From contig CASDYX010000003.1 of the NCBI GenBank assembly GCA_949286215.1, positions 46,537-110,536 on the forward strand: a stretch of 64,000 nucleotides of DNA, in the 5' to 3' direction. Positions 9,952 through 18,700 of this stretch are shown one piece after another. This DNA comes from an uncultured Pseudomonadota bacterium. GTDB taxonomy: Bacteria; Pseudomonadota; Alphaproteobacteria; RF32; CAG-239. A model generated the notes under the pieces. That model ran no database searches. It saw only the letters and a list, made by a program, of their open reading frames with translations, and had not been told where the DNA came from. Made by a program: the position numbers and the translations under genes. Each line of letters starts with the position of its first letter. Within the stretch, counting starts at the first letter, position 1.

Positions 9952-9966
9952 TTAAGAAAGTTTTAA
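9952..9966. promoter_or_regulatory. CtrA-type box TTAA-N7-TTAA upstream of the flgF operon
   Basis: ttaa-gaaagtt-ttaa lies about 75-85 nt upstream of the flgF start codon. Confidence 0.35.
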
Positions 9967-10002
9967 CAGATTATTTTTTATTTTGAAAATTCAGTAACTT
10001 AA

Positions 10003-10056
10003 ACAAAAAAAAGAGAGAGGGTGGAAGTTCCTCTCTCTCGTCCTCCTTACGGAGGT
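10003..10056 (-). terminator. rho-independent terminator(s) after the GC-rich ORF
   Basis: Stem agagagagg/cctctctct is followed on the minus strand by a U-run (plus-strand A8 at 10003-10010). A second small hairpin cctcc-ttac-ggagg is present. Confidence 0.4.
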
Positions 10057-10059
10057 AGG

Positions 10060-11082
10060 TTATTTACGGAAATAGTTAATGACCATAATGATGCTCTTCA
10101 CATCATCATAAGTCATTTTTTTGTTTCTTGGAGAACCACCGATTCCGACGTGTCCGCCGAAACCGGTACCTTCTTCCAGTCCATACAGCTCATTGAGCTT
10201 CGCATAAACCTTTTTAAGGCCGTTTTCTCCAAATAACTCCTCCGCAACTTCGGCGCAAGGGGTACCGATTAAAATGTTACCTTCATCATATAAGGCAACA
10301 ACAACCGGATTTTCCCATGCCGCTACAGTGCGGACATTTCCTTCTCTTTTTTGATACCAAGTGTCAAAGCCAAATACGGAAGCTCCACGAATCACAAGGA
10401 TTCCACTTTCCTTGTGTCCGCGCTCTACCATATCGGCCTCTGCCTTGGATATCAGTCTTTCCTGCTCCTGTACGGCAGCGGCATAAAATGGAGCCAACAT
10501 CTCCTCTTCGGAGAACATTAGCTTTCGCCAGCCGTGCACCGCCAACTCGGCATTTGACCCGAAGCCGGAATAAAATGCATGCCATAAAGACAGCATTTTA
10601 CCGAACGGTAAAGCCATTCGGTCCAACCCAACCGGGTCTGTGTCTAATAGGGCGATGGTCTTAGCCAGAGCCATGAAATCGCGGCTCATGACTTCTGCCA
10701 CCTTCCCTTTCAAGAACTTGCTGTTCTTATTAAAAGGAGATGGCAAATATCCCGCCAATGCCGCGATTGCAAAGGTGCAATCCGCATCAATGTGCGAGAT
10801 TACGAACCGGGGGTCTTGTCTTCTCTTGCCATAGCAATCGCGATAAGCACGAATAGCTACGGATTCAAGTTTTGATAAATCACGACCGTCTGGCGTTATC
10901 CCATGATGGTCCATCAACAGACCATCAACGATTGACCGGCCCCCGTAGGAGCATTCTACCGGGCAATAGCCCTGCTCAACAAATTTTTGCGCCTCTGCCG
11001 CAGTCTTGGCAAAGACGAGTTCTAAACTTTTCATATTATATAGGATTAAAAATTTGCATTTGAAATTGAGGCATGCAAACAA
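10060..11082 (-). CDS. DHH-superfamily phosphoesterase-like protein with locally elevated GC
   Basis: Motifs DHHGITPDGRD (like the NrnA HxNPDGD motif) and C-terminal GFGGHVGIGGS (like GGGH). GC content is visibly higher (about 50%) than the flanking genes. A more likely start is Met17 (MKSLELVF..., near 11034). It lies between the flagellar operon and the intergenic repeats. Confidence 0.4.
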   Translation of the reverse strand: MFACLNFKCKFLILYNMKSLELVFAKTAAEAQKFVEQGYCPVECSYGGRSIVDGLLMDHHGITPDGRDLSKLESVAIRAYRDCYGKRRQDPRFVISHIDADCTFAIAALAGYLPSPFNKNSKFLKGKVAEVMSRDFMALAKTIALLDTDPVGLDRMALPFGKMLSLWHAFYSGFGSNAELAVHGWRKLMFSEEEMLAPFYAAAVQEQERLISKAEADMVERGHKESGILVIRGASVFGFDTWYQKREGNVRTVAAWENPVVVALYDEGNILIGTPCAEVAEELFGENGLKKVYAKLNELYGLEEGTGFGGHVGIGGSPRNKKMTYDDVKSIIMVINYFRK

Positions 11083-11259
11083 ACGGCCTCGATATATAAA
11101 AAAAATACCTAAGCCGTCTCCATATTTATATGAAACGTAGGGTATAATAATAGAAATAGTCTTAGTGAATAGACTTTAATAATACCATATCTCCACCCTA
11201 CTGTCTAGACAAAAAAACGCCCTATTTTTGGAAATAAAAAAGAATTTGAAAAACAAACT

Positions 11260-11343
11260 TAACCCGCCGTAAGTTTTTTTACGACGTGTACAATTAGCCT
11301 CGCGAAAAAAATTTACAAGCAGTCCACCGTTATACAAGCTTTC
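11260..11343. repeat. intergenic 85-bp repeat, copy 1
   Basis: Shares about 75% identity with 11418-11504, including cgccgtaag-T6-acgacgtgtacaa ... aaaaatttacaag ... ccgttatacaagcttt. Contains a conserved small hairpin cgtaa-N5/6-ttacg. Confidence 0.5.
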
Positions 11344-11417
11344 CCAAAACCCGTTATATGAGATTGATAATAAGATTTAAGAGAGCTGCCACCGCAACAA
11401 ACCAAAAAAGCTTGGAG

Positions 11418-11504
11418 AACGAGCTTAATACGCCGTAAGTTTTTTACGACGTGTACAACGAGCTACACGAGTAAAAAATTTACAAGTAGAAAGCCGTTAT
11501 ACAA
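11418..11504. repeat. intergenic 85-bp repeat, copy 2 (possible sRNA or regulatory element downstream of era)
   Basis: See copy 1. It lies immediately beyond the era stop codon. Confidence 0.5.
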
Positions 11505-11511
11505 GCTTTTA

Positions 11512-12444
11512 TTAAGAGTTGAAGTCAAGATTCCACGCACTATACCTTGCCGGATCATCAATCCAGTTGGCGCGTACTTTCACAAATAAAAACAGATGAA
11601 CACGCTCTTCGAGCTCTCGTTCAATCTCGCAACGCGCCGATTGACCGATTTTTTTAATCATCTCACCGCCACGACCTAAAATAATGGTCTTTTGGTTATC
11701 TTTTTTGACATAGATAGTCATCTCGGCACGCACCGATCCATCTTCACGCCGTTCCCATAATTCGGGCTCAACAGTGAGCTCATAAGGAATTTCTTGTCGC
11801 AAATATAAAAAGAGCTTCTCACGCACAATTTCAGCTGCCAAAAGTTTCAGCGGCATATCAGACATCTGCTCTTCGGGATAATACCATGGAGATTCCGGTA
11901 AGTTGTCAGCCAAATATTTGTAGAAGTCATCAATATTTTGTCCGGTAAGAGCGGAAATCATAAACGTTTCTTTGAAATTTCCGGCCTCATTCAACGCAGC
12001 ACTTAAAGCCAAAAGCTTGGTCTTGTCAATAATATCAACTTTGTTCAAAACCAAAATGGCAGAGAGTTTGTTTTTGTTGAGCTGGTCAATAATGGCTCGG
12101 GTTTCATCATCAAACCCACGTTTGGCATCAACCACCAAAACGACAATATCGGCATCTTTCACTCCGCTCCAGGCCGAAGACACCATAGCCCTGTCCAAAC
12201 GTCTTTTGGGACGAAAGATACCCGGCGTATCAATAAAAATGATTTGCGTATTTTCATACACCCCGATACCTCTGACCATGGTACGCGTGGTTTGCACTTT
12301 CGGCGAAACGATGGAGACTTTTGACCCGACAAAATTATTGGTAATGGTTGATTTTCCGGCATTCGGCGCACCGATTAATGCCACAAATCCACATCTTAAA
12401 ACCTGAGTATCATTTGTGTCCATGCGGATATCCCAAAAAATCAA
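11512..12444 (-). CDS. era: GTPase Era
   Basis: G1 GAPNAGKST, G3 DTPG, G4 NKVD, and a C-terminal KH domain. The likely true start is the Met at 12423, which overlaps the rnc stop. Confidence 0.9.
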   Translation of the reverse strand: MIFWDIRMDTNDTQVLRCGFVALIGAPNAGKSTITNNFVGSKVSIVSPKVQTTRTMVRGIGVYENTQIIFIDTPGIFRPKRRLDRAMVSSAWSGVKDADIVVLVVDAKRGFDDETRAIIDQLNKNKLSAILVLNKVDIIDKTKLLALSAALNEAGNFKETFMISALTGQNIDDFYKYLADNLPESPWYYPEEQMSDMPLKLLAAEIVREKLFLYLRQEIPYELTVEPELWERREDGSVRAEMTIYVKKDNQKTIILGRGGEMIKKIGQSARCEIERELEERVHLFLFVKVRANWIDDPARYSAWNLDFNS

Positions 12445-13078
12445 GCATTTTAGCGGCCGCTTCTTGCTCGGCTAATTTTTTATTACGTCCGGCGCCGACT
12501 TGTGGTTCACCCCCATTGAGAGCAACCGACATATAAAACGTCGGCTCATGTTCACTCCCTTCTCTACCTTTCAGCTCATAAATCGGATTTCCCAAACCTT
12601 TGCTGTGAGCAACTTCTTGCAACAAGGTTTTGTTATCTTTTGGAGGAGCAACATTTTTATCAATCAGTTCTTTCCAATGTTGATTTACAAAATTGACTGC
12701 TTCTTCACAACCGGCATCCATAAAAATAGCTCCGATTACAGCCTCGCAAACATCGCACAACACATTTTCATTATGGCGAATTTCTTCATCCGCCACAATC
12801 ATAAACTTATCAAGTTTAAGAGTTAAAGCCACTTCGGAAACTGTTTCTTTGCAAACCAAACCGGTATGGCGTTGCGACAAACTCCCTTCGGGTTCATTAG
12901 GAAACATTCGATACAACAGACTGGCAATAGCCACTCCCAAAACTCTGTCTCCCAAAAACTCCAAACGCTCATAATTATCACACAAGCGCGCCGAATGACT
13001 GCTATGCGTCAAGGCTTGTTGCAACAAGTGTTGATTATGAAATTTATAATGAAGAATATTTTCCAAATCCTCAAGCAT
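12410..13078 (-). CDS. rnc: ribonuclease III
   Basis: RNase III signature ERLEFLGDRVLG and a C-terminal dsRBD; 222 aa. Confidence 0.9.
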   Translation of the reverse strand: MLEDLENILHYKFHNQHLLQQALTHSSHSARLCDNYERLEFLGDRVLGVAIASLLYRMFPNEPEGSLSQRHTGLVCKETVSEVALTLKLDKFMIVADEEIRHNENVLCDVCEAVIGAIFMDAGCEEAVNFVNQHWKELIDKNVAPPKDNKTLLQEVAHSKGLGNPIYELKGREGSEHEPTFYMSVALNGGEPQVGAGRNKKLAEQEAAAKMLDFLGYPHGHK

Positions 13079-13140
13079 GATAAACTCTTTTTTTAGTAAT
13101 GATATAAAACAAATACTTGTCCAACTCTTAATTTTGAGAG

Positions 13141-13893
13141 TTATTTAATTTTGTTAAACAAACGTTCCCAACGAATCATTTTCGGCCAAGTCCAAGGCTT
13201 ATACCAAGCCCCGTCATCGCTGTTAGAAAAGAACAAGAAACGTGCTTTACCAACCAAATTTTCAAAAGGAACAAAGCCGACATTAACGCGACTATCATCA
13301 GAGCGGTCACGATTATCCCCCATAACAAACAAACTACCTTCCGGAACGGTCAACTCTGGTAAATTATCTTCGTTTTCAAAATCGGAAACTTCCAAGATTT
13401 TGTGTTTTTTACCCCCCGGCAAGGTTTCCATATATTGGTGATAGCGTTCGGCGTTGCCTTGGCTGTCGCGAATAACAAAATCCTGCATTTCCTCGCGTTC
13501 AACCAATTCACCGTTCACAAACAAGCGCCCGTTTTCCATTTTGATTTTATCACCGGGCAAACCAATAACACGTTTGATATAATCGGTTTTGTTATCTTGC
13601 GGAAACTTAAAAACCACCACATCGCCGCGTTTGGGTTCATCTGCCCAAACTCTTCCCTCAAACAAAGGAATGCTAAACGGCAAAGAATGTTTGGAATAAC
13701 CATAAGTATATTTAGAGACAAACAAATAGTCCCCGACATAAAGGGTCGGATACATAGACCCTGAAGGAATTTTAAAAGGCTCAAACAAGAACGTTCTAAT
13801 CAGAATGGCGATAACGATTGCATAAAACAACGTTTTCACCGTATCCATTAAGCTTTCATCTTCTTCCATTTTAATCTCTTTTATAAAAAACAA
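13141..13893 (-). CDS. lepB: signal peptidase I
   Basis: N-terminal TM, catalytic Ser region GSMYPTL, and box E GDNRDRSDDSR. Confidence 0.85.
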   Translation of the reverse strand: MFFIKEIKMEEDESLMDTVKTLFYAIVIAILIRTFLFEPFKIPSGSMYPTLYVGDYLFVSKYTYGYSKHSLPFSIPLFEGRVWADEPKRGDVVVFKFPQDNKTDYIKRVIGLPGDKIKMENGRLFVNGELVEREEMQDFVIRDSQGNAERYHQYMETLPGGKKHKILEVSDFENEDNLPELTVPEGSLFVMGDNRDRSDDSRVNVGFVPFENLVGKARFLFFSNSDDGAWYKPWTWPKMIRWERLFNKIK

Positions 13894-14000
13894 TAACTTC
13901 TAGTCATTATTTTTGAAAAAAGCATGAACGCGTGCATTTTTCAAAAACAATCAATTTTTTTGCATACTAACCGCATATTTTACGGATAGCAACAACAAAA

Positions 14001-14405
14001 TCAAATTAATTCAATAATTACAAAAGCTTGCGCCCAAGGATAATCATCACTCATAGACACTTGCAGATTATACTCTTTTCCTTTGCTTAATTTTTGCAAA
14101 TGTTTCAACGCACCGCCATAAATTTTGAGCTGAGGCTTGCCTGATTTTTGGTGCACGATTGCAATATCTTTCATGAACACTCCTTCACGAAAGCCCGTTC
14201 CCAAAGCTTTTGCAAAAGCCTCTTTAGCGGCAAAGCGTTTTGCTAAAGTGCAAGCATATTCCTTTGGCGAAATAGCCTGACGTTTTTTAATTTCGGCAAA
14301 CTCAACCGGAGCAAAAGAGCGTTTCAAAAATCTCTCACCGAAGATGCTGATTGTTTCTTCAATACGGCTGATATTAGCCAAATCACTACCGACACCCAAA
14401 ATCAT
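14001..14405 (-). CDS. acpS: holo-[acyl-carrier-protein] synthase
   Basis: 134 aa starting MILGVGSDLANISRIE, typical of AcpS. Gene order acpS-lepB-rnc-era is conserved. Confidence 0.85.
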   Translation of the reverse strand: MILGVGSDLANISRIEETISIFGERFLKRSFAPVEFAEIKKRQAISPKEYACTLAKRFAAKEAFAKALGTGFREGVFMKDIAIVHQKSGKPQLKIYGGALKHLQKLSKGKEYNLQVSMSDDYPWAQAFVIIELI

Positions 14406-14518
14406 AAAAATAACCCTTTTCTAACCTTTTGATACGACACAAACATTTGATATATAGTATAAAAAATTCTCCCTCGCAACCCAGATTTAAGAAAAAACTC
14501 AAATTGTGGATTGTCTGC

Positions 14519-16702
14519 TTATTGATTGGCTCTTGCCACATAAGACACCACTTTACTGGCTTTAAGAGCGGCAATAATATCGGTTAAATGTTTGAGGTCT
14601 TTAACATCAATATCAATCAATAATTCAAAATAGCTGATTGTTCGATAAACGATATTCAAGTTAGAGATATTACCGTTATTTCTGGCCACCAGATTTGACA
14701 ATTCAGCCAGCGAACCGGGTTCATTGGCAAGCATAACTTTAAGACGTCCGGTATGCATTTCATTTTCGGCTTCTTCCCCCCAAGCAATATCGAGCCAACG
14801 TTCGGGCTCATCGGCATATTTCTCCAAGGCTTTACAATCAATTGTATGAACAGCAACCCCTTTACCTGTGGTAACAATACCGACAATTCTGTCGCCAGGC
14901 AGAGGGTGACAACACCCTGCAAAATGCACGGCCATTCCCGGAATAAGCCCTTTAATTTTAAGAGGCTCACCTTTTTTCTCTTTTTTGATAACTTTCTTAA
15001 AGCTCGGAACTTTAATGGATTTAACCACTTTTTCCAGTTTAGACTGCTTATAAGCCGGATAAACCGCCTTCAAGACATCCCAACCAGTCACTAACCCCTC
15101 ACCGACTTTAGCATAAACATCTTCTATCGATTCGGCCTCAAAATTCTGCAAAACGTTTACCAAGGCTTTTTCTGAAAATTCCAAATTTTCACCCTTAAAT
15201 AAGCGTTCCAAAATCTCTTGTCCCAGAGTAATGAATTGGTCGCGTTTATTTGCACGCACATAACGTCTGATGGCTGCTTTTGCTTTTCCGGTGACAACAA
15301 AGCGCTCCCATTCGGTTGATGGATGTTGAGCTTTAGAGGTCAAGATTTCAACTTGGTCACCATTTTGCAATACGGTTCGCAGAGGTCTGATTTCGCCGTT
15401 AATTTTGGCACCGACACAAGTATCGCCCACCGAAGAGTGAACGGCATAAGCAAAATCCACCGGTGTTGAATTAACCGGCAAACCGATTAAATCACCTTTT
15501 GGTGTAAAGCAAAATACCTGATCGTTATACATTTCGAGTTTGGTATTTTCTAAAAATTCTTCAGGATTGGAGGCTTGCTCCAAAATTTCCAACAACTCTC
15601 TAATCCAGCGATAATGCTTACCTTCGGCTTTTTGTCCTTGCTTATAGGCCCAGTGAGCGGCCACACCTTTTTCACCGATTTCATGCATTTCGTGCGTACG
15701 AATTTGAATTTCAATACGGGTATTTTCAGGACCAATCACACCGGTATGTATGGATTGATAGCCGTTAGGTTTCGGGGTGGAAATATAGTCCTTAAAGCGT
15801 CTTGGCACCATATGGTATTTGCTATGAACCACGCCCAAAGCCTGATAACAGGTTGCCACATCATCAACAATGATACGAAACGCCATAATATCGGAGAGCT
15901 GCTCAAATGAGGCATTTTTTTGCTGCATTTTGCGCCAAATGGAATAAGGCGTCTTTTCTCTTCCTGATACAGAAGCCTTAATGCCGTTTTCTTCCATATC
16001 TTTTTCAAGCTGTTGAATAATTTTCGGAACAATATTGCTTCCTTGCTCGCGCAAAAAGTTCAAACGCGCAACAATTGAATCATGAGCATCTTTATGCAGT
16101 TCGGCAAAAGCAATTTCCTCCAACTCGCTTTTGACTTCTTGCATACCGATACGTTCGGCTAACGGCGCATAAATATCCAACGTTTCACGAGCAATTCTGG
16201 CACGTTTTTCAGGCTTTTTCACAAAATGCAATGTCCGCATATTATGCAGTCTATCCGCCAATTTAATCAGCAAGACGCGGATATCTTCAGACATTGCCAG
16301 CAAGAGTTTACGGAAATTTTCGGCTTGTTTGTTATTAGCCGATTTCTGTTCAATCATCGCCAACTTGGTCAAACCATCCACCAACTGCGCTACTTGGTCA
16401 CCGAAAAGGGCGCGAATTTCTTCTACTGTAGTATCGGTATCTTCCACCGTGTCATGCAGAAGACCTGCAATAATCGAGGCTGAATCCAACTTAAACTTGG
16501 TCAAAATACCGGCAACTTCTACCGGATGCGAATAATACGGGTCACCGGATTCACGAAGTTGAGCTCCGTGTTTTTTCATGGCGAACACATAAGCGCGGTT
16601 GAGTGCATCTTCATCGGCATCAGGGTCATAAGATTTTACTAAATCGACTAATTCATACTGTCTTAACATTTTTACCCATAAACAAAAAGTTATCCGTAGC
16701 AA
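14519..16702 (-). CDS. spoT: bifunctional (p)ppGpp synthetase/hydrolase (RelA/SpoT homolog)
   Basis: HD hydrolase motif HDTVEDT, synthetase domain, TGS and ACT regions. About 716 aa if the start is the Met at MLRQYELVD (near 16669). Confidence 0.9.
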   Translation of the reverse strand: MLRITFCLWVKMLRQYELVDLVKSYDPDADEDALNRAYVFAMKKHGAQLRESGDPYYSHPVEVAGILTKFKLDSASIIAGLLHDTVEDTDTTVEEIRALFGDQVAQLVDGLTKLAMIEQKSANNKQAENFRKLLLAMSEDIRVLLIKLADRLHNMRTLHFVKKPEKRARIARETLDIYAPLAERIGMQEVKSELEEIAFAELHKDAHDSIVARLNFLREQGSNIVPKIIQQLEKDMEENGIKASVSGREKTPYSIWRKMQQKNASFEQLSDIMAFRIIVDDVATCYQALGVVHSKYHMVPRRFKDYISTPKPNGYQSIHTGVIGPENTRIEIQIRTHEMHEIGEKGVAAHWAYKQGQKAEGKHYRWIRELLEILEQASNPEEFLENTKLEMYNDQVFCFTPKGDLIGLPVNSTPVDFAYAVHSSVGDTCVGAKINGEIRPLRTVLQNGDQVEILTSKAQHPSTEWERFVVTGKAKAAIRRYVRANKRDQFITLGQEILERLFKGENLEFSEKALVNVLQNFEAESIEDVYAKVGEGLVTGWDVLKAVYPAYKQSKLEKVVKSIKVPSFKKVIKKEKKGEPLKIKGLIPGMAVHFAGCCHPLPGDRIVGIVTTGKGVAVHTIDCKALEKYADEPERWLDIAWGEEAENEMHTGRLKVMLANEPGSLAELSNLVARNNGNISNLNIVYRTISYFELLIDIDVKDLKHLTDIIAALKASKVVSYVARANQ

Positions 16703-16801
16703 TTGATTTAATACTACACCATTTATGTTAGAACCTACAACACAAAAATTAAAATTTGCTTTAAAACCCCCTTATTTTCAGCCTTCTTTGTACGAAAAGC
16801 A

Positions 16802-16830
16802 TAAAAAAAACGGAGCCATTTCGGCTCCGT
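16802..16830 (-). terminator. rho-independent terminator downstream of rpoZ
   Basis: Stem cggagcc/ggctccg, followed by a U-run on the minus strand (plus-strand A-run at 16802-16809). Confidence 0.45.
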
Positions 16831-16852
16831 CTAAGAATTTTTAGAGTAATGA

Positions 16853-17341
16853 CTATTCTTCATCATCAAAATTATCACCTAAGTCATCGCCCAGGTCAAA
16901 ATTATCGTCCATTCCGTCTTCATCACCTAAAGACAAGTCATCACCTTCTGCATCAGCGGCATCCAAATCCAAAACATCGTCATCTTCACCGTGAACTTGC
17001 ATACCATCAGACATTTCATTATCAAGCAAAACACCGGAGAATTGGTCATCCAAATCAGCCAATTCTTTTTCAGCGGCCATAATTTCCATTTCTTCTTCTT
17101 CAGGCTCTTCAACTTCAACATATTTTTGAAGTCCCAAAACCAAAGATTTTTGCAATTCTTCAATACTAACGGTTTCTTCGGCAATTTCACGCAAAGCGAC
17201 AACCGAGTTTTTATCATTATCGCGAGCAACCGTAAGCGGAGCTCCGGCAGCAATATCTTTAGCGCGCTGAGCCGCAACCATTAACAATTCATAACGGTTA
17301 GGAATTTTATCTACGCAATCTTCAACAGTTACACGAGCCAT
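16853..17341 (-). CDS. rpoZ: DNA-directed RNA polymerase omega subunit with a long acidic C-terminal tail
   Basis: N-terminal [30 protein letters not shown] matches the RpoZ core. It is followed by an Asp/Glu-rich tail of about 70 aa. Confidence 0.85.
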   Translation of the reverse strand: MARVTVEDCVDKIPNRYELLMVAAQRAKDIAAGAPLTVARDNDKNSVVALREIAEETVSIEELQKSLVLGLQKYVEVEEPEEEEMEIMAAEKELADLDDQFSGVLLDNEMSDGMQVHGEDDDVLDLDAADAEGDDLSLGDEDGMDDNFDLGDDLGDNFDDEE

Positions 17342-17440
17342 TTTCTCTCATCCTCAAAAATTAAACAGAGTTTTCTTAGCTTTATACAAACTAAAAAACA
17401 CAAATGCAATAACAAAATGCAAAAAAATTTTCAAATTACA

Positions 17441-18700
17441 TTAAAACGACAATACTTGCCCCAAAATTCGGTATTTTCCGGCTTCAAATTCCTTTTTTAA
17501 GAGTTGCCGATTTTTCCGCACTTCCAAAATATCATTCATCGGAGCCTTATACATTTCCACCATAGCCTGCATGGATGCAAATTGCAATTCAAGTTGTTTT
17601 GGGCGCAAAGTCTCGTGCAAATAAGCATCATACGCACCTCTTTGAAAAGCTTTCAGGCTAGCCAAGGTCGAACTATTCATCAGCCCCATTCGGTAGGCTT
17701 TAATTGTTTTATCGCAAGTATAAGCCCATTCTTCAGGAGAAAATCCCTCTCCTCCGACAGCCATACGCAGTTCGGTCTCCAAACCGGCCACACGCAGTTT
17801 TTGCACCAACCTTTGGCACGGATTAACCAAATCTTTCACGCCATTCATCGGCAAACCGATTTTATTTTCAATTTCCCAAATATCAAGAAGCGAACCGGCA
17901 CTATAAATTTTTCCCTGCACCCGAATATCCGCACCTATTTTATAAACATTAGGCAAAGTTCGGGCAAAAGCCTTCACATCAGCACTTGTAAGCGGACTAT
18001 TAATATCAGGATTAATGGTCCGCAAATCGCTAGCTCCAACCTTTACCTCAGGTTTAGCCCCGGGCACAAATTCATCTTCGGGAACAAGCTCTTTTATTTT
18101 TTGATATAATTTTTCATCATACTCTACTTTGGGCGATGCTTTTTTGATAACGGGTCTTTCTTGAGGTGTACGATTTTCGGGCCACATTTCAGGCATCAAA
18201 AGGTAATAGAGATAAGGTGACAAAAATTCCAAATCTTCAATTCCGGCCAATTGCGGTGCGATTCGGTTTGGAAATTTATTTTTAGTTTCTTTAATCCCCG
18301 GCATATTAAGCACTTTTTCGGGCATATTGGGTACCGTATGCAAATAAGGCCCGATGTATTGATAATATTCCTTAGGCATTAAAGCGAGCATATCAAGCAA
18401 ATCTTGCTCATGTTCGTTACGAATGCGCTTTTCTGTTGAGCCATAATCGGTTATGGTCAAACGAAATAAATCATCAAAAAGATTGCCGATATCCCAATGG
18501 AAATCATAACGCCGATTATAGCGCCGTCTGCCGACAATATATTTTTGTTCCAACTCTTCATACTTCGGCAAGGGCATATCCATGTCCACTTTAAAATACT
18601 TGGCAAAATCAGCCGCACCAGCACACACATTATGCGCCGCCAACAAAAATCCGCCACACAGACACGAACAAACAAATATTTTAGTTTTGGTTAAGAGCAC
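17441..18700 (-). CDS. exported hypothetical protein (419 aa)
   Basis: N-terminal signal peptide with a Cys-rich h-region. No recognised domain. Confidence 0.4.
   Translation of the reverse strand: MLLTKTKIFVCSCLCGGFLLAAHNVCAGAADFAKYFKVDMDMPLPKYEELEQKYIVGRRRYNRRYDFHWDIGNLFDDLFRLTITDYGSTEKRIRNEHEQDLLDMLALMPKEYYQYIGPYLHTVPNMPEKVLNMPGIKETKNKFPNRIAPQLAGIEDLEFLSPYLYYLLMPEMWPENRTPQERPVIKKASPKVEYDEKLYQKIKELVPEDEFVPGAKPEVKVGASDLRTINPDINSPLTSADVKAFARTLPNVYKIGADIRVQGKIYSAGSLLDIWEIENKIGLPMNGVKDLVNPCQRLVQKLRVAGLETELRMAVGGEGFSPEEWAYTCDKTIKAYRMGLMNSSTLASLKAFQRGAYDAYLHETLRPKQLELQFASMQAMVEMYKAPMNDILEVRKNRQLLKKEFEAGKYRILGQVLSF

Noticed and set aside
10317-10834. Plus-strand ORFs (115 and 64 aa) antisense to the GC-rich gene
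   Set aside because: High GC suppresses stop codons on the antisense strand. The minus-strand ORF is far longer and carries motifs.
13895-13960. Imperfect palindrome gcatgaacgcgtgcat between lepB and acpS as a terminator
   Set aside because: The arms are not truly self-complementary and no clean U-run follows on the relevant strand.
16927-17284. 116-aa minus-strand and 97-aa plus-strand ORFs inside rpoZ
   Set aside because: They are alternative frames of the rpoZ acidic-tail region, which is repetitive low-complexity sequence. The RpoZ motif defines the real frame.
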